64,000 nucleotides of DNA from positions 1-64,000 of the forward strand of contig JAWXAY010000043.1 of NCBI GenBank assembly GCA_034439715.1. The letters are read 5' to 3'. Under the pieces are notes generated by a model. That model was not told where the DNA came from. It worked only from the letters and a program-made list of their open reading frames with translations, and did no database searches. Numbering within the stretch: position 1 is the first letter of the stretch; every line of letters starts with the position of its first letter. Source of the stretch: Pseudomonadota bacterium (GTDB lineage Bacteria > Bdellovibrionota > Bdellovibrionia > Bdellovibrionales > SG-bin7). Below are positions 18,525 to 28,171 of the stretch, piece after piece. The position numbers were made by a program, and so were the translations under genes.

Positions 18525-19320
18525 AACCCCCCACCGCGAATTAAATTGGACACCTTTTTATGCGCTGGTTTTGCGCGAAATAAGACGTTTTTTAAAGGTC
18601 GCCACTCAAACTGTCGTGATGCCTGTGGTGAATTCATCGCTCTATCTTTTAATTTTTGGCGTGAGCTTGGGACAGCGACTCAGCGTGCAAACAGAAATCT
18701 CTTACTTGGCCTTTCTAATCCCGGGACTAGTAATGATGGCGGCTCTCAATAATGCGTTAATGAATTCTTCAAGTTCCATCATTATTGCTAAATTTAGTGG
18801 TGAGCTCGAAGACCTGCGGGTAGCGCCTCTCAGCCCTGAGAATATTTTGTGGGCGATGGCAATTGGCGGGCTATTTAGAGGCTATGTGGTGGGTGGTATT
18901 ACTTTTTTAGTGGGTTTAGCATTTTATCGTTTTTATGATGAGCAATGGTTAGTAATTTCTCACCCCTTCGTGTTGGTTTATTTTTTAAGCGCCGGCTGCC
19001 TTGCCTTTGGCAAGATTGGGATTGCGGTGGCCTTATGGGCGAAAAATTTTGATCATGTCTCTGCTGTCACGGCTTTTATTGTGATGCCTCTCTTATACTT
19101 AGGGGGAGTATTTTATTCGATAGAGAGTTTAAGTCCGTTTTGGCGAAGCGTGTCTCAATACAATCCCTTACTTTATATGATTAATGGTGTTCGTTACGGC
19201 GTTTTAGGCGTGAGCGATGTCAGTGTCGTAACTGCGGCGCTTGTCACACTGGGGGCTCTAGTGTTAAGTCATTTCTTGGCTAGATTTAGTCTCCGCACGG
19301 GTAGTTATCAACGCTGGTAG
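18517..19320 (+). CDS. ABC-2 permease (YadH-like)
   Basis: REIRRF...QT, PGLVMM, LGGVFYS, NPLLYMINGVRYG. Confidence 0.9.
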   Translation: MLETPHRELNWTPFYALVLREIRRFLKVATQTVVMPVVNSSLYLLIFGVSLGQRLSVQTEISYLAFLIPGLVMMAALNNALMNSSSSIIIAKFSGELEDLRVAPLSPENILWAMAIGGLFRGYVVGGITFLVGLAFYRFYDEQWLVISHPFVLVYFLSAGCLAFGKIGIAVALWAKNFDHVSAVTAFIVMPLLYLGGVFYSIESLSPFWRSVSQYNPLLYMINGVRYGVLGVSDVSVVTAALVTLGALVLSHFLARFSLRTGSYQRW

Positions 19321-19343
19321 AAGGAATAAACAGGAGTTCAGAT

Positions 19344-20675
19344 ATGTTTGAGGGACTACAAAATAAATTACTCACAAGTCTTAAAAAACTAAGCGGGCAA
19401 AGCAAGATTAGCGAAAAAAATATTGATGAAACTTTGCGCGAGATTCGTCTTGCTCTGTTAGAAGCCGACGTCAATTTTAAGGTAGTTAAGATATTTCTCG
19501 ATCAAGTTAAGGCCAAAGCACTTGGGGCGGAAGTCCTAGGAAGTCTCTCGGCGGGCCAAGCCTTTACTAAGATTGTGCACGATGAGCTAATAAGTCTTTT
19601 AGGAAATGAAACGCCTGAGCTTGATGTACGTGGAGAACCCGGGCTCATTTTTTTAGTGGGATTGCAGGGGGCCGGTAAAACTACATCAGCGGCAAAGCTC
19701 GCACAATTTATTCGAAAAAAGTTTTCTAAAAGACCGGGCCTAGTTCCTGCCGATGTGTATCGGCCGGCGGCCATTGAGCAGCTAAAAACTTTAGGCAAAC
19801 AGTTGGATGTGCCAGTCTTTGATTCGAAAGCGACTGATAAGCCAGAGGATATTTTAGAAAGAGCCAAGGTTTGGGCCAAGCAAGAGATGATAGACGTTTT
19901 GATTCTCGATACGGCGGGTCGGCTGCAGATAGATGTCACTCTGATGAAGGAACTATCGCGGCTCAAAGCAATGGCCGCACCCAAAGAAATTCTTTTGGTC
20001 GTCGATGCCATGTTAGGGCAAGAGTCGGTTAATGTTGCTGAGGGGTTTAATAAAGAGCTTGGCATTACCGGACTTGTGCTTACAAAAATAGACGGCGATG
20101 CTCGTGGCGGGGCGGCACTTAGCATTCGTCATACCACTGGCATTCCCATCAAGTTTTTAGGTATTGGCGAAAAGCTCTCTGATTTTGAGGTTTTTCATCC
20201 GGACCGATTGGCTTCGCGAATTCTGGATATGGGAGATGTTTTAAGCCTGGTTGAAAAAGCGCAGGAGTTCGTCGATGAAAAATCGGCCATGGAACAAGCT
20301 AAGCGCTTGGCCAAAAGCAAATTTACCATGAATGATTTTTTATCGCAGATTCAAATGATGAAAAAAATGGGCGGCATGGGAAGTATTTTAAAAATGCTAC
20401 CCGGAGCCGGACAGATGATGAAAAAAATGGAAGACATGACCGTGCCCGATAAAGAAATAAAAAAAGTCGAAGCCATTATTCATTCGATGACGCCTAAGGA
20501 ACGCGCTAATCACAAAATTTTAAATGGCTCACGCCGCAAGCGTATTGCACAAGGTTCTGGCACTCAGCCAAGTGATATCAATAAATTCATCACACAGTTT
20601 GAGCAGGCTCAAAAAATGATGTCTCAAGTTATGAAAATGGGCTTTGGACGCGGTGGGATGAAACTACCTTTCTAA
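19344..20675 (+). CDS. ffh: Signal recognition particle protein
   Basis: GLQGAGKTT, DTAGR, TKIDGDARGG, Met-rich M domain with RRKRIAQGSG. Confidence 0.98.
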   Translation: MFEGLQNKLLTSLKKLSGQSKISEKNIDETLREIRLALLEADVNFKVVKIFLDQVKAKALGAEVLGSLSAGQAFTKIVHDELISLLGNETPELDVRGEPGLIFLVGLQGAGKTTSAAKLAQFIRKKFSKRPGLVPADVYRPAAIEQLKTLGKQLDVPVFDSKATDKPEDILERAKVWAKQEMIDVLILDTAGRLQIDVTLMKELSRLKAMAAPKEILLVVDAMLGQESVNVAEGFNKELGITGLVLTKIDGDARGGAALSIRHTTGIPIKFLGIGEKLSDFEVFHPDRLASRILDMGDVLSLVEKAQEFVDEKSAMEQAKRLAKSKFTMNDFLSQIQMMKKMGGMGSILKMLPGAGQMMKKMEDMTVPDKEIKKVEAIIHSMTPKERANHKILNGSRRKRIAQGSGTQPSDINKFITQFEQAQKMMSQVMKMGFGRGGMKLPF

Positions 20676-20690
20676 TAAAGTTCTAACAAG

Positions 20691-20712
20691 TTCCACATGT
20701 GTTTCACATGAT
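20691..20712 (+). promoter_or_regulatory. Putative PHO box (11-bp-period direct repeat) upstream of pstS
   Basis: TTCCACATG (20691) and TTTCACATG (20702), 11 bp apart. Confidence 0.45.
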
Positions 20713-20750
20713 TCATGGGCACACTTTGTAAAACAACAAAGGAGATTTCG

Positions 20751-21653
20751 ATGTTAAGAATGCTGACCCTCATGGTCCTTTCATTACTCTTTTTCCAAAT
20801 GGCCCAAGCTGAAGTCGTTATACATATAGATGGCTCAAGTACAGTTTTTCCGATAACCGAAGCAGTTGCTGAAGAGTTTGGAATTAAAAATCCAAAAACA
20901 AAGATAACAGTAGGTGTCTCTGGAACCGGCGGCGGATTTAAAAAATTCTGTAATGGCGAAATTGATATCAATGATGCCAGTCGGTTAATCAAAACTTTGG
21001 AAAGCGCTGATTGCCGGAAGAATAAAATAAGCTACGTAGAAATGCCTGTTGCTTATGATGGACTTTCTGTTGTCGTTAATTCACAAAACACTTGGGTAAA
21101 CAGTTTAACCGTTGCCGAGTTAAAAAAAATCTGGGAACCAGATAGCAAAGTTAAAACCTGGAAAGACGTCAGATCCACTTGGCCCGACAGAAAAATTATT
21201 CTCTATGGCCCCGGCACAGATTCTGGAACCTTTGACTACTTTACCGAAGTGGTAAACGGCAAGGCTCAAGCAAGTCGTTCGGACTTTACAAAAAGTGAGG
21301 ACGACAACGTTTTGGTTCAAGGTATCGTTGGAGACAAAGATGCCATGGGCTATTTTGGTCACGCTTACTACGAGGCTAACAAAACAAAGCTCAAAGTTGT
21401 GCCCATTCAAGCAGAAGGTGGTAAAGCGATTACACCTACAACTGAGACAATAGCAAATGGCACCTACAAACCACTTTCTCGCATGATCTATATCTATGTG
21501 AGTGTGGCTGCGGGTAAAAAGAAAGAGGTCAGCAGTTTTATTGATTTCTACATGAAGAATGCCGGCGCTTTAGTTAAAGACGTAGGATACATTTCTTTGG
21601 AAAATAAAAAATACGAAACGGCGCTCAGCGAATTTAACAAAAGAATAAAATAG
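20751..21653 (+). CDS. pstS: Phosphate ABC transporter substrate-binding protein
   Basis: IDGSSTVFP, SGTGGGFKKF, GTDSGTFDYF, SEDDN, YKPLSR; AGGAG RBS before ATG 20751. Confidence 0.92.
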   Translation: MLRMLTLMVLSLLFFQMAQAEVVIHIDGSSTVFPITEAVAEEFGIKNPKTKITVGVSGTGGGFKKFCNGEIDINDASRLIKTLESADCRKNKISYVEMPVAYDGLSVVVNSQNTWVNSLTVAELKKIWEPDSKVKTWKDVRSTWPDRKIILYGPGTDSGTFDYFTEVVNGKAQASRSDFTKSEDDNVLVQGIVGDKDAMGYFGHAYYEANKTKLKVVPIQAEGGKAITPTTETIANGTYKPLSRMIYIYVSVAAGKKKEVSSFIDFYMKNAGALVKDVGYISLENKKYETALSEFNKRIK

Positions 21654-21675
21654 GAACACCATTGGAGAAAAGAAA

Positions 21676-22020
21676 ATGAAAGTTATTAAAGTTTTATTTA
21701 CTTTAGGTTTTTTAGTTAGCCTCGGATGCGCCAAAGACGGTATTCCAATATTGGGCCTTGACGGTGACGGTAAGGTGAGTGAGTTTTTTATAGGAGAGAA
21801 AGATTTTAAGGAAAATATGACCGGGCTTATAGATTCGGTCAATAAGTCCACGATTAAAGTGTTAGAGGAGAAAGAAGCCAAACCTTTTATGCTAAGAACA
21901 GTTGTTGTCGGTGTCGGATTAAAATTTGAAGCTGGCTTTGGTCCGTTTGCTAAAGCAAGTGCTGAGCCAAAAGTGAGATTTGTTTTTTCAAACGTCGCTA
22001 AAGACGTTCCGATGCCCTAA
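21676..22020 (+). CDS. Hypothetical lipoprotein with one helix + beta-hairpin module
   Basis: GGAG RBS; lipobox SLGC; FMLRTVVVGVGLKFEAGFGPFAKASAEPKVRFVF. Confidence 0.75.
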   Translation: MKVIKVLFTLGFLVSLGCAKDGIPILGLDGDGKVSEFFIGEKDFKENMTGLIDSVNKSTIKVLEEKEAKPFMLRTVVVGVGLKFEAGFGPFAKASAEPKVRFVFSNVAKDVPMP

Positions 22021-22025
22021 CTAAA

Positions 22026-23324
22026 ATGAAGGAGAATATGATGAAAATATTATTAATAGTTCTTATGTCTCAGGTTTGGCTAGCAGCGGATGCGCAGGCT
22101 ACTCTGACGGGTTATGTGCCCAGCTCTTGGTATGTCCTAGATCAGGGGCCCAGCCTTATCGAAGATGGTGATTTGGTAAAATTCGAAAGTACTCTACAAA
22201 AAATATTTAAAAGCCAAAGCGATGCTCTCGAGGGTTCGAACTCAGGACTTTCAGAAAAAATCAGCGCTGAAAAAAAACCCAAAGATTGGGTGCCTTGGCG
22301 CCTACACTCTTACATTACAGAATTGGCGTTGAGTGCCTCAGGCACCATAGGCGTTTTGGGAATTGGTGGTACAGCGTACAGCCAAATTTATTGGCAGAAA
22401 AAGGAAGCCACAGAAAATGTCAACACTGATGAAAACCAACCCATTGAGAGCTTTTCCGGGCTGACTTTTGCCTTTGATGGAAGCATGGGTCCCGAAAAAT
22501 GGGATTTTGAAATTGCGAGAATTACTAATGCGGTGCTGTCCCTCGGTCGTATTGAGGATGAAAAGAATTTTAGTAAAAATCTGAAAACTGAAATACTTAA
22601 ATTTAAAGAACGAGCTAATGCTGTCAGTTTTCACAATGAAAGTTCGAGCTTTTGGGTTTCACGCTATCGCCTAGATCTTAATATAGGAGCCTCAGGCAAT
22701 GTGAGTTTTGGTACAGCTGGTGGTGACGTCAACTTAAGACTTGAATGGTACCGAGCCAAACAAAAAACACCCGGTTTTGTTTCGCGAGAATTAACTGCTG
22801 AGAGCGAAAAAATCAGAGATTTTATTCTCACACTAGCTAGTGACCTGTCGACCTCTCTCGACGACCAAACTATTTTGCCAGGGAATTTTGTGGTTAACGA
22901 GTTTCGTGTGGGCTTAGGCATTGGTTTAAAGGGGGATGCAGGTATAGCAAAAATTGAAGGTAAAATGATTGGACACATTTACTTTAGCCGAAAAATTTCG
23001 AAGAAAAGTTTTGTTAATAGTGATTTATATCTCACAAAAACCACCCCAGCCTCGCGTAACATAAAAATTATTGAGGACTCTAATGGTTTTATGGGCGTGA
23101 GCGATACCTTTGAAGTAGATCGGGAAATCTTTAAGGATGGCCTCAAAAAGGCATTAAAGATCAGTTCTTTTTTAACTCGAATTTCAGGTAGTAGCCAAAG
23201 TGACAAATGGGCCATTTCAAAAGCCAAGGTTGGCTTCGACATGTCTCTTAAGGGTGACATAGCTATCGCTGCTATTACTGGTACTGTGGCAACTGAATTT
23301 GTATTAACAAATCTTAACTTTTAA
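22026..23324 (+). CDS. Secreted hypothetical protein with four helix + beta-hairpin modules
   Basis: Signal peptide ending AQA (start likely 22038/22041 after AAGGAG); four 33-aa Gly-rich hairpins. Confidence 0.8.
   Translation: MKENMMKILLIVLMSQVWLAADAQATLTGYVPSSWYVLDQGPSLIEDGDLVKFESTLQKIFKSQSDALEGSNSGLSEKISAEKKPKDWVPWRLHSYITELALSASGTIGVLGIGGTAYSQIYWQKKEATENVNTDENQPIESFSGLTFAFDGSMGPEKWDFEIARITNAVLSLGRIEDEKNFSKNLKTEILKFKERANAVSFHNESSSFWVSRYRLDLNIGASGNVSFGTAGGDVNLRLEWYRAKQKTPGFVSRELTAESEKIRDFILTLASDLSTSLDDQTILPGNFVVNEFRVGLGIGLKGDAGIAKIEGKMIGHIYFSRKISKKSFVNSDLYLTKTTPASRNIKIIEDSNGFMGVSDTFEVDREIFKDGLKKALKISSFLTRISGSSQSDKWAISKAKVGFDMSLKGDIAIAAITGTVATEFVLTNLNF
22296..23306 (+). repeat. Four protein-level 33-aa repeats (22296-22394, 22650-22748, 22887-22985, 23208-23306)
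   Basis: WRLHSYITELALSASGTIGVLGIGGTAYSQIYW / FWVSRYRLDLNIGASGNVSFGTAGGDVNLRLEW / FVVNEFRVGLGIGLKGDAGIAKIEGKMIGHIYF / WAISKAKVGFDMSLKGDIAIAAITGTVATEFVL. Confidence 0.75.
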
Positions 23325-23336
23325 GCGGGAGAAAAG

Positions 23337-23657
23337 ATGACGAAAACTTTAATTGTAGTTTTAAGCCTAATATTTGGGGCACAAAGCTGGGCGGGCACTG
23401 GTTCTTATTCTGAGCTTAATATGGATAAGTTTAGTAATTTCTTAAGAGATAATATTAACTCAGCCGAGTCCGCTCTTAACGAAAATTTGCTTGAAGGTGA
23501 GTCAGATGAGATGAATTACTTTAGGCGCTTTATGGTGAGACTTAAGGGCCGTTTTGGCATTGAGGTGCCTTGGATTGCGAGCTTCACCATTAACCCCGAA
23601 GTAGAATTGGTATTTATTCGCGAATACCCCGAAGGATGGGAAACATATAAACCCTAA
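23337..23657 (+). CDS. Secreted hypothetical protein with one helix + beta-hairpin module
   Basis: GGGAG RBS; signal ending SWA; NYFRRFMVRLKGRFGIEVPWIASFTINPEVELVF. Confidence 0.75.
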   Translation: MTKTLIVVLSLIFGAQSWAGTGSYSELNMDKFSNFLRDNINSAESALNENLLEGESDEMNYFRRFMVRLKGRFGIEVPWIASFTINPEVELVFIREYPEGWETYKP

Positions 23658-23762
23658 TAATGTAATGCGTTAATTGCGATTGGGCCTCTTACCTTATTCT
23701 TGCTCTCCGATATTTAAAAGTGTAAATCCCTAAAGGTTAGAGGTCTGTTTTTTGGAGGATTC

Positions 23763-24023
23763 ATGGCTGTTGTTATTAGATTAGCTCGTTTTGGAAGACC
23801 GCATAAACCACATTACCGCGTTACTGTCGCGGATCATAAAGCGAAACTTAAAGGAAGATTTATTGAAATCGTTGGTCAATTTGATCCTGCGCCAAAAGGA
23901 AAAGCCTTAGGTGTAAACCTAAACATGGAGCGGATAAAATATTGGCTAGGCGTTGGAGCGCAGCCCTCTGACACCGTCCGAGACCTTATTCGCAAAGCCG
24001 AAAAAGCATCACCTACTAACTAA
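23763..24023 (+). CDS. rpsP: 30S ribosomal protein S16
   Basis: MAVVIRLARFG, GRFIEIVG, GAQPSDTV. Confidence 0.97.
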   Translation: MAVVIRLARFGRPHKPHYRVTVADHKAKLKGRFIEIVGQFDPAPKGKALGVNLNMERIKYWLGVGAQPSDTVRDLIRKAEKASPTN

Positions 24024-24072
24024 TCTATTTAAAAATTGAGAGAATTATAAAAGTTGAAGCGGAGAGGTAATA

Positions 24073-24318
24073 ATGGACCATACAAACTTAAGAGATCTCG
24101 TTGAATTTATGGCTAAGGCATTAGTAGATTTGCCCGATGAAGTTGAGGTCAATGAGATCCAAGGTGAACAAACCACTGTAGTTGAACTTAAAGTTGCTAA
24201 AACTGATCTAGGTAAGGTCATAGGCAAAAAAGGCAAAACTGCCCATTCAATGCGAACTATCCTAAATGCTGCAAGCACCAAGCTTAAAAAACGTAGCGTT
24301 CTAGAAATCGTTGAATAA
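24073..24318 (+). CDS. khpA: KH-domain RNA-binding protein
   Basis: ALVDLPDEV, DLGKVIGKKGKTA; lies between rpsP and rimM. Confidence 0.9.
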   Translation: MDHTNLRDLVEFMAKALVDLPDEVEVNEIQGEQTTVVELKVAKTDLGKVIGKKGKTAHSMRTILNAASTKLKKRSVLEIVE

Positions 24319-24354
24319 AATTTAAGTAAGGGATAAAACTATTTTTATTCCACT

Positions 24355-24879
24355 ATGACGCAAAACAGCTTTTTTACATTAGGCTATATCAAACACGCTC
24401 ACGGCATTCGTGGAGAGGTGTTCGTATCATTTTTAATCAATGATGAAAATCTTTTAGATCTGGTATTTGAAAACGGCATTACTTTAAGAAAAGGGACCGT
24501 CCAAAAACACTATGCTATTGAAGAAATGAAGCCCCATAAGGATGGTTTTATCCTTTCGCTCGAGGGGATATTGGATCGAAATAAGGCTGAACTTCTAAAA
24601 GGATTTGAGTGGATCTATCCCGGCGATTATTTCACTTCGGCGCCGGGCGAAAATATTTATCTTCATGAAATTTTAGGTTTCGAAGTCTGGGATAAAAACA
24701 AAAGGGTGGGGATTATCAAAAGCTTTGGTTCGAGCAAATTTCAGGACTTACTCATGGTCGAGGATGAGTTGGGAATTAAATACGATATTCCGCTCGTAAA
24801 GAATTTCATAAAGGATATTAATTTTGTCGAAAAAAAAATCGTCATGGATTTACCGAGTGGGATGACCCATGAAGTTTAG
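24355..24879 (+). CDS. rimM: Ribosome maturation factor
   Basis: HGIRGEV, DRNKAELLKG, YLHEILG, IPLV. Confidence 0.92.
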   Translation: MTQNSFFTLGYIKHAHGIRGEVFVSFLINDENLLDLVFENGITLRKGTVQKHYAIEEMKPHKDGFILSLEGILDRNKAELLKGFEWIYPGDYFTSAPGENIYLHEILGFEVWDKNKRVGIIKSFGSSKFQDLLMVEDELGIKYDIPLVKNFIKDINFVEKKIVMDLPSGMTHEV

Positions 24880-25672
24880 CATTCTTACTATTTTTCCACA
24901 AATGTTTGAGTCGTTTTTGAAGTTCGGCCTAGTTGGTCAAGCTTTTAACAAAAACTTAGTCGATTTTGAGTTTTTTGATTTAAGAGAGTATGTCGACAAC
25001 AATTACAAGAGTGTGGATGATCGTCCCTTTGGCGGTGGTGATGGAATGGTGTTGCAGGCAGCACCCATAAAATCTGCTTTGGCTAAAGCTAAAGAGAAGG
25101 TCTCAAACAAAAAAACATTGGTTGTCTGTTTGTCAGCCCAGGGTAAAAAACTTAATCAAGAAATGGTTCATGAATTCGGCCAATATGAAAATTTGATTTT
25201 GCTATGTGGTCGCTACGGTGGAATTGATCAGAGAGTCATCAATGAATGCGTGGACCGGGAAGTATCAATAGGTGATTATATTTTAAACGGTGGCGAGAGC
25301 GCGGCACTGGTTTTGATAGATGCGGTCTCGAGAACTATTCCGGGTGTACTTGGCAATGAAGACTCTGTTAAATATGACAGTTTCGAAAATGGCCTGCTAG
25401 AAGGGCCCATTTTTACCAGACCCCGTGAAATCTTAGGGCAGGTGGTGCCCGAAATCCTCTTAAGTGGAGATCATAAAAAAATTAAAAAGTGGAAATACTC
25501 TTTAGCTTTGGTAGTGACGGCATTGCGCCGACCTGAGCTTGCAAGTATGGTTTTAAAGCAAGATATCGTAAAAGCGGCCAACGAAATTTTGAGTCTGAGC
25601 GAGAATGAAATTAGGGCCTGCGGTATCGAACCTCGCGAATTAAACGAGCTCACCCGGACTCTAGAGCTATGA
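24869..25672 (+). CDS. trmD: tRNA (guanine37-N1)-methyltransferase
   Basis: VDDRPFGGGDGMV, CGRYGGIDQR, SIGDYILNGGE, LLSGDH. Confidence 0.96.
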   Translation: MKFSILTIFPQMFESFLKFGLVGQAFNKNLVDFEFFDLREYVDNNYKSVDDRPFGGGDGMVLQAAPIKSALAKAKEKVSNKKTLVVCLSAQGKKLNQEMVHEFGQYENLILLCGRYGGIDQRVINECVDREVSIGDYILNGGESAALVLIDAVSRTIPGVLGNEDSVKYDSFENGLLEGPIFTRPREILGQVVPEILLSGDHKKIKKWKYSLALVVTALRRPELASMVLKQDIVKAANEILSLSENEIRACGIEPRELNELTRTLEL

Positions 25673-26253
25673 GTATGAGTATAAGACTGTCACTTGGATT
25701 GGTTCATCACCCTGTCGTTGATCGCTTAGGCACAACCGTCGCAACCAATGTTACTAATTATGATATTCACGATATTGCTCGCGCCTGCCAGGTTTTTGGA
25801 GTGACTAATTACTATATAATCACGCCGATGAAGGAGCAGCTATCTTTTGTAGCAAGAGTCTTAGAACATTGGAATGTTGGGTACGGTGCCAAATTTAACC
25901 CAATGCGGCGAACAGCTTTATCACCGGTAAAGACAGTAGAAAGCATCGAGGAAGCCATTAGGGACTGGGGTGCCAACACCTGTGTTATCGGCACTAGTGC
26001 GCGCGAAGTGTGTGCTGAGAAACTTATAGGTTTCAACCAGTTAAAGTCTAAACTTAATGAAGTAAATCAAAGAAAAGACCAACAGTCTTATATGTTGCTC
26101 TTTGGAACTGGATTTGGCTTACACGAAAGTGTTCTCAAGCGCTGTGATTTAGTATTGGAACCCATTAGGGGGCGGCCCCCCAAAGACTACCGCCATCTTT
26201 CGGTGAGATCCGCTGTAAGTATCTGTCTTGACCGACTTTTGGGGACGTGGTAA
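25669..26253 (+). CDS. SPOUT-class RNA methyltransferase (trmD-associated family)
   Basis: LVHHPV, TNYDIHDIAR, LLFGTGFGL, YRHLSVRSAVSICLDRL. Confidence 0.85.
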   Translation: MSMSIRLSLGLVHHPVVDRLGTTVATNVTNYDIHDIARACQVFGVTNYYIITPMKEQLSFVARVLEHWNVGYGAKFNPMRRTALSPVKTVESIEEAIRDWGANTCVIGTSAREVCAEKLIGFNQLKSKLNEVNQRKDQQSYMLLFGTGFGLHESVLKRCDLVLEPIRGRPPKDYRHLSVRSAVSICLDRLLGTW

Positions 26254-26308
26254 CAAATTTCTCTAGTTCATTTTTTTGGCTCGAAACTCTTTAAGAAGGA
26301 CTTCATCT

Positions 26309-26800
26309 ATGGCCGACATTATACAAGAAATCACACTCAAGCGACATAAAGAACAATTCAAAAAGAAAACGACAAAAGAAAAATTTAATGTGGGTGATAC
26401 TATTACCGTTTCTGCCAAAGTTCGTGAAGGCGAAAAGGAACGTATTCAAGCCTTTCGTGGTATTGTGATTAAGATACAGGGCATGGGAATGGGTCGTTCA
26501 TTTACTGTTAGAAAAGTTTCAGCGGGTGTTGGTGTTGAAAGAACATTTCCCGTAAATTGTCCCTCTGTTGACGATGTAAAAGTTGAGACAAAAGGTAGTG
26601 TTCGCCGGGCGCGATTATTTTTCTTGAGAGAGTTAAAAGGTAAAGCGGCTCGAGTGAATTCAAAACTAGCTAAATCAATGGGTATTGATACTAAAACAAT
26701 CGAAATGCAAGAAGCGGGAATTCACCCGGTTGAAGCTGAGTCTACTACTGCAACTGAAACACCTTCGACTCCGCCGCCTTCTTCTACAAAAAAATCTTGA
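26309..26800 (+). CDS. rplS: 50S ribosomal protein L19 with C-terminal extension
   Basis: [46 protein letters not shown]; start ATG 26309 after AAGGA. Confidence 0.96.
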   Translation: MADIIQEITLKRHKEQFKKKTTKEKFNVGDTITVSAKVREGEKERIQAFRGIVIKIQGMGMGRSFTVRKVSAGVGVERTFPVNCPSVDDVKVETKGSVRRARLFFLRELKGKAARVNSKLAKSMGIDTKTIEMQEAGIHPVEAESTTATETPSTPPPSSTKKS

Positions 26801-27429
26801 TTTCTAAAAAGTTAACAACAATTGACTGGCAGGGGTTAACTCCACAGCCAGTAATTGGCGTTGATGAGGTTGGACGTGGGTGTTTGGCTGGGCCAGTCTA
26901 TGCGGCCGCTGTGGTATTAAATCCTCATAACGAAATTTTAAAATACAGAGATTCGAAATTATTGTCCGAAGTTCGGCGAGAGGAATGGGCCGAGCACATT
27001 ATTACTCACCACCAGAGTGCCGTGGGAATTGCAACGGTTGAAGAAATCGATCGGTTAAATATTTTGCAAGCGTCGCTTCTGGCCATGAAGAGAGCCGTTG
27101 AAAGTTTGGAGATCTTAGCAGGCTTAGTCATGGTTGATGGGAATCAGTCTATCCCTGGCTTAGGCTTTAAACAAATGACGGTTATTAAAGGGGACCAGCG
27201 GGTATTACCCATAGCCGCGGCCTCTATCGTGGCGAAAGTTGCCCGAGATAAATTTATGAAGGAGCTGGGAACTAGATTTCCAGAGTATCAGTTTGAAAAA
27301 CATAAAGGCTACGGTACGGAAGTTCATCAAACCGCGATTAAAATTTATGGCCCTACAGAATTTCACCGCAGGTATTTTAGGGGCGTGCGCGAGCAATATG
27401 AAAGACAAGCGGCACCTCACAGGCTATAA
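26797..27429 (+). CDS. rnhB: Ribonuclease HII
   Basis: [38 protein letters not shown]. Confidence 0.96.
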   Translation: MISKKLTTIDWQGLTPQPVIGVDEVGRGCLAGPVYAAAVVLNPHNEILKYRDSKLLSEVRREEWAEHIITHHQSAVGIATVEEIDRLNILQASLLAMKRAVESLEILAGLVMVDGNQSIPGLGFKQMTVIKGDQRVLPIAAASIVAKVARDKFMKELGTRFPEYQFEKHKGYGTEVHQTAIKIYGPTEFHRRYFRGVREQYERQAAPHRL

Positions 27430-27736
27430 AAATGAGTTTTTGGTGGGCCAGTATTACCTAAGCAAGGGTTATAAAGTAGTGGCACATCGCTTTAAAACTC
27501 CATTCGCCGAAGTCGATCTCATTTGCCAACACAAGAATCAGGAATTAGTGATCGTTGAAGTTAAAAGTGCAGCCGAGCCTTTTTGGGAGTCTTACCGAAT
27601 AGGTTTTCGACAAAAACATCGCCTAAAAAACGCCGCGATCCATCTGATGGAGAAATCGGGTAGAAATATTGAAGTTCACCTGGCTTTCGTCGATAAAGAT
27701 GGCAGAATCGACATCTTAAGAGATTTCTTGGGTTGA
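27398..27736 (+). CDS. yraN: YraN family (UPF0102) nuclease-fold protein
   Basis: EVDLI...VIVEVK; follows rnhB; start placed at ATG 27398. Confidence 0.8.
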   Translation: MKDKRHLTGYKNEFLVGQYYLSKGYKVVAHRFKTPFAEVDLICQHKNQELVIVEVKSAAEPFWESYRIGFRQKHRLKNAAIHLMEKSGRNIEVHLAFVDKDGRIDILRDFLG

Positions 27737-27769
27737 CAGAAGCGCTATATCCTAAAAGACTTAAGGTAT

Positions 27770-28171
27770 ATGAGACAGGTTTTGATTTTAGCGGTATCGC
27801 TCGCAGTTGCAGTATTTGGCGTCTATCAGCCGAACGCAGATGCCCAGGCATCTCCGCCAAAAGAATTCATCACTAGCGTCACTTACGGAGTATTGGCAGG
27901 GACTTTGATGGGGATAGCTTCGCTGGCGTTTACAAAAAATCCTGGTGAAAATTTAAACAGGATTGCCAGAGGGGCCTCCTTAGGACTTTACTTGGGAATT
28001 GCCTTAGGTTTTTATGTCGCCTATGGCGTGAGTGAGGAGCCTGCGGATGATATGGTACGACTAAATCAACCCAGGCAGACGCTTCCAGATCCGCGCCTAA
28101 TTGTTTATCCTTTGTTAGACGAAAAAGGCTTAGAGGGTGTCGCGGCTTTGTGGCAGGTTACCTCTTTTTAA
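27770..28171 (+). CDS. Hypothetical membrane protein with Gly-zipper helices
   Basis: Signal peptide; GVLAGTLMG and GASLGLYLGIALG. Confidence 0.65.
   Translation: MRQVLILAVSLAVAVFGVYQPNADAQASPPKEFITSVTYGVLAGTLMGIASLAFTKNPGENLNRIARGASLGLYLGIALGFYVAYGVSEEPADDMVRLNQPRQTLPDPRLIVYPLLDEKGLEGVAALWQVTSF

Noticed and set aside
19502..20125. 207-aa antisense ORF
   Set aside because: Lies wholly opposite ffh with no recognisable motifs; shadow ORF
21676..23657. Trypco-associated anti-phage or conflict system
   Set aside because: No protease, NTPase or sensor gene is adjacent and all three proteins are exported; only the module resemblance is retained
27293..27397. Long N-terminal overlap of yraN with rnhB
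   Set aside because: YraN similarity starts near ATG 27398; the upstream part is just open frame within rnhB
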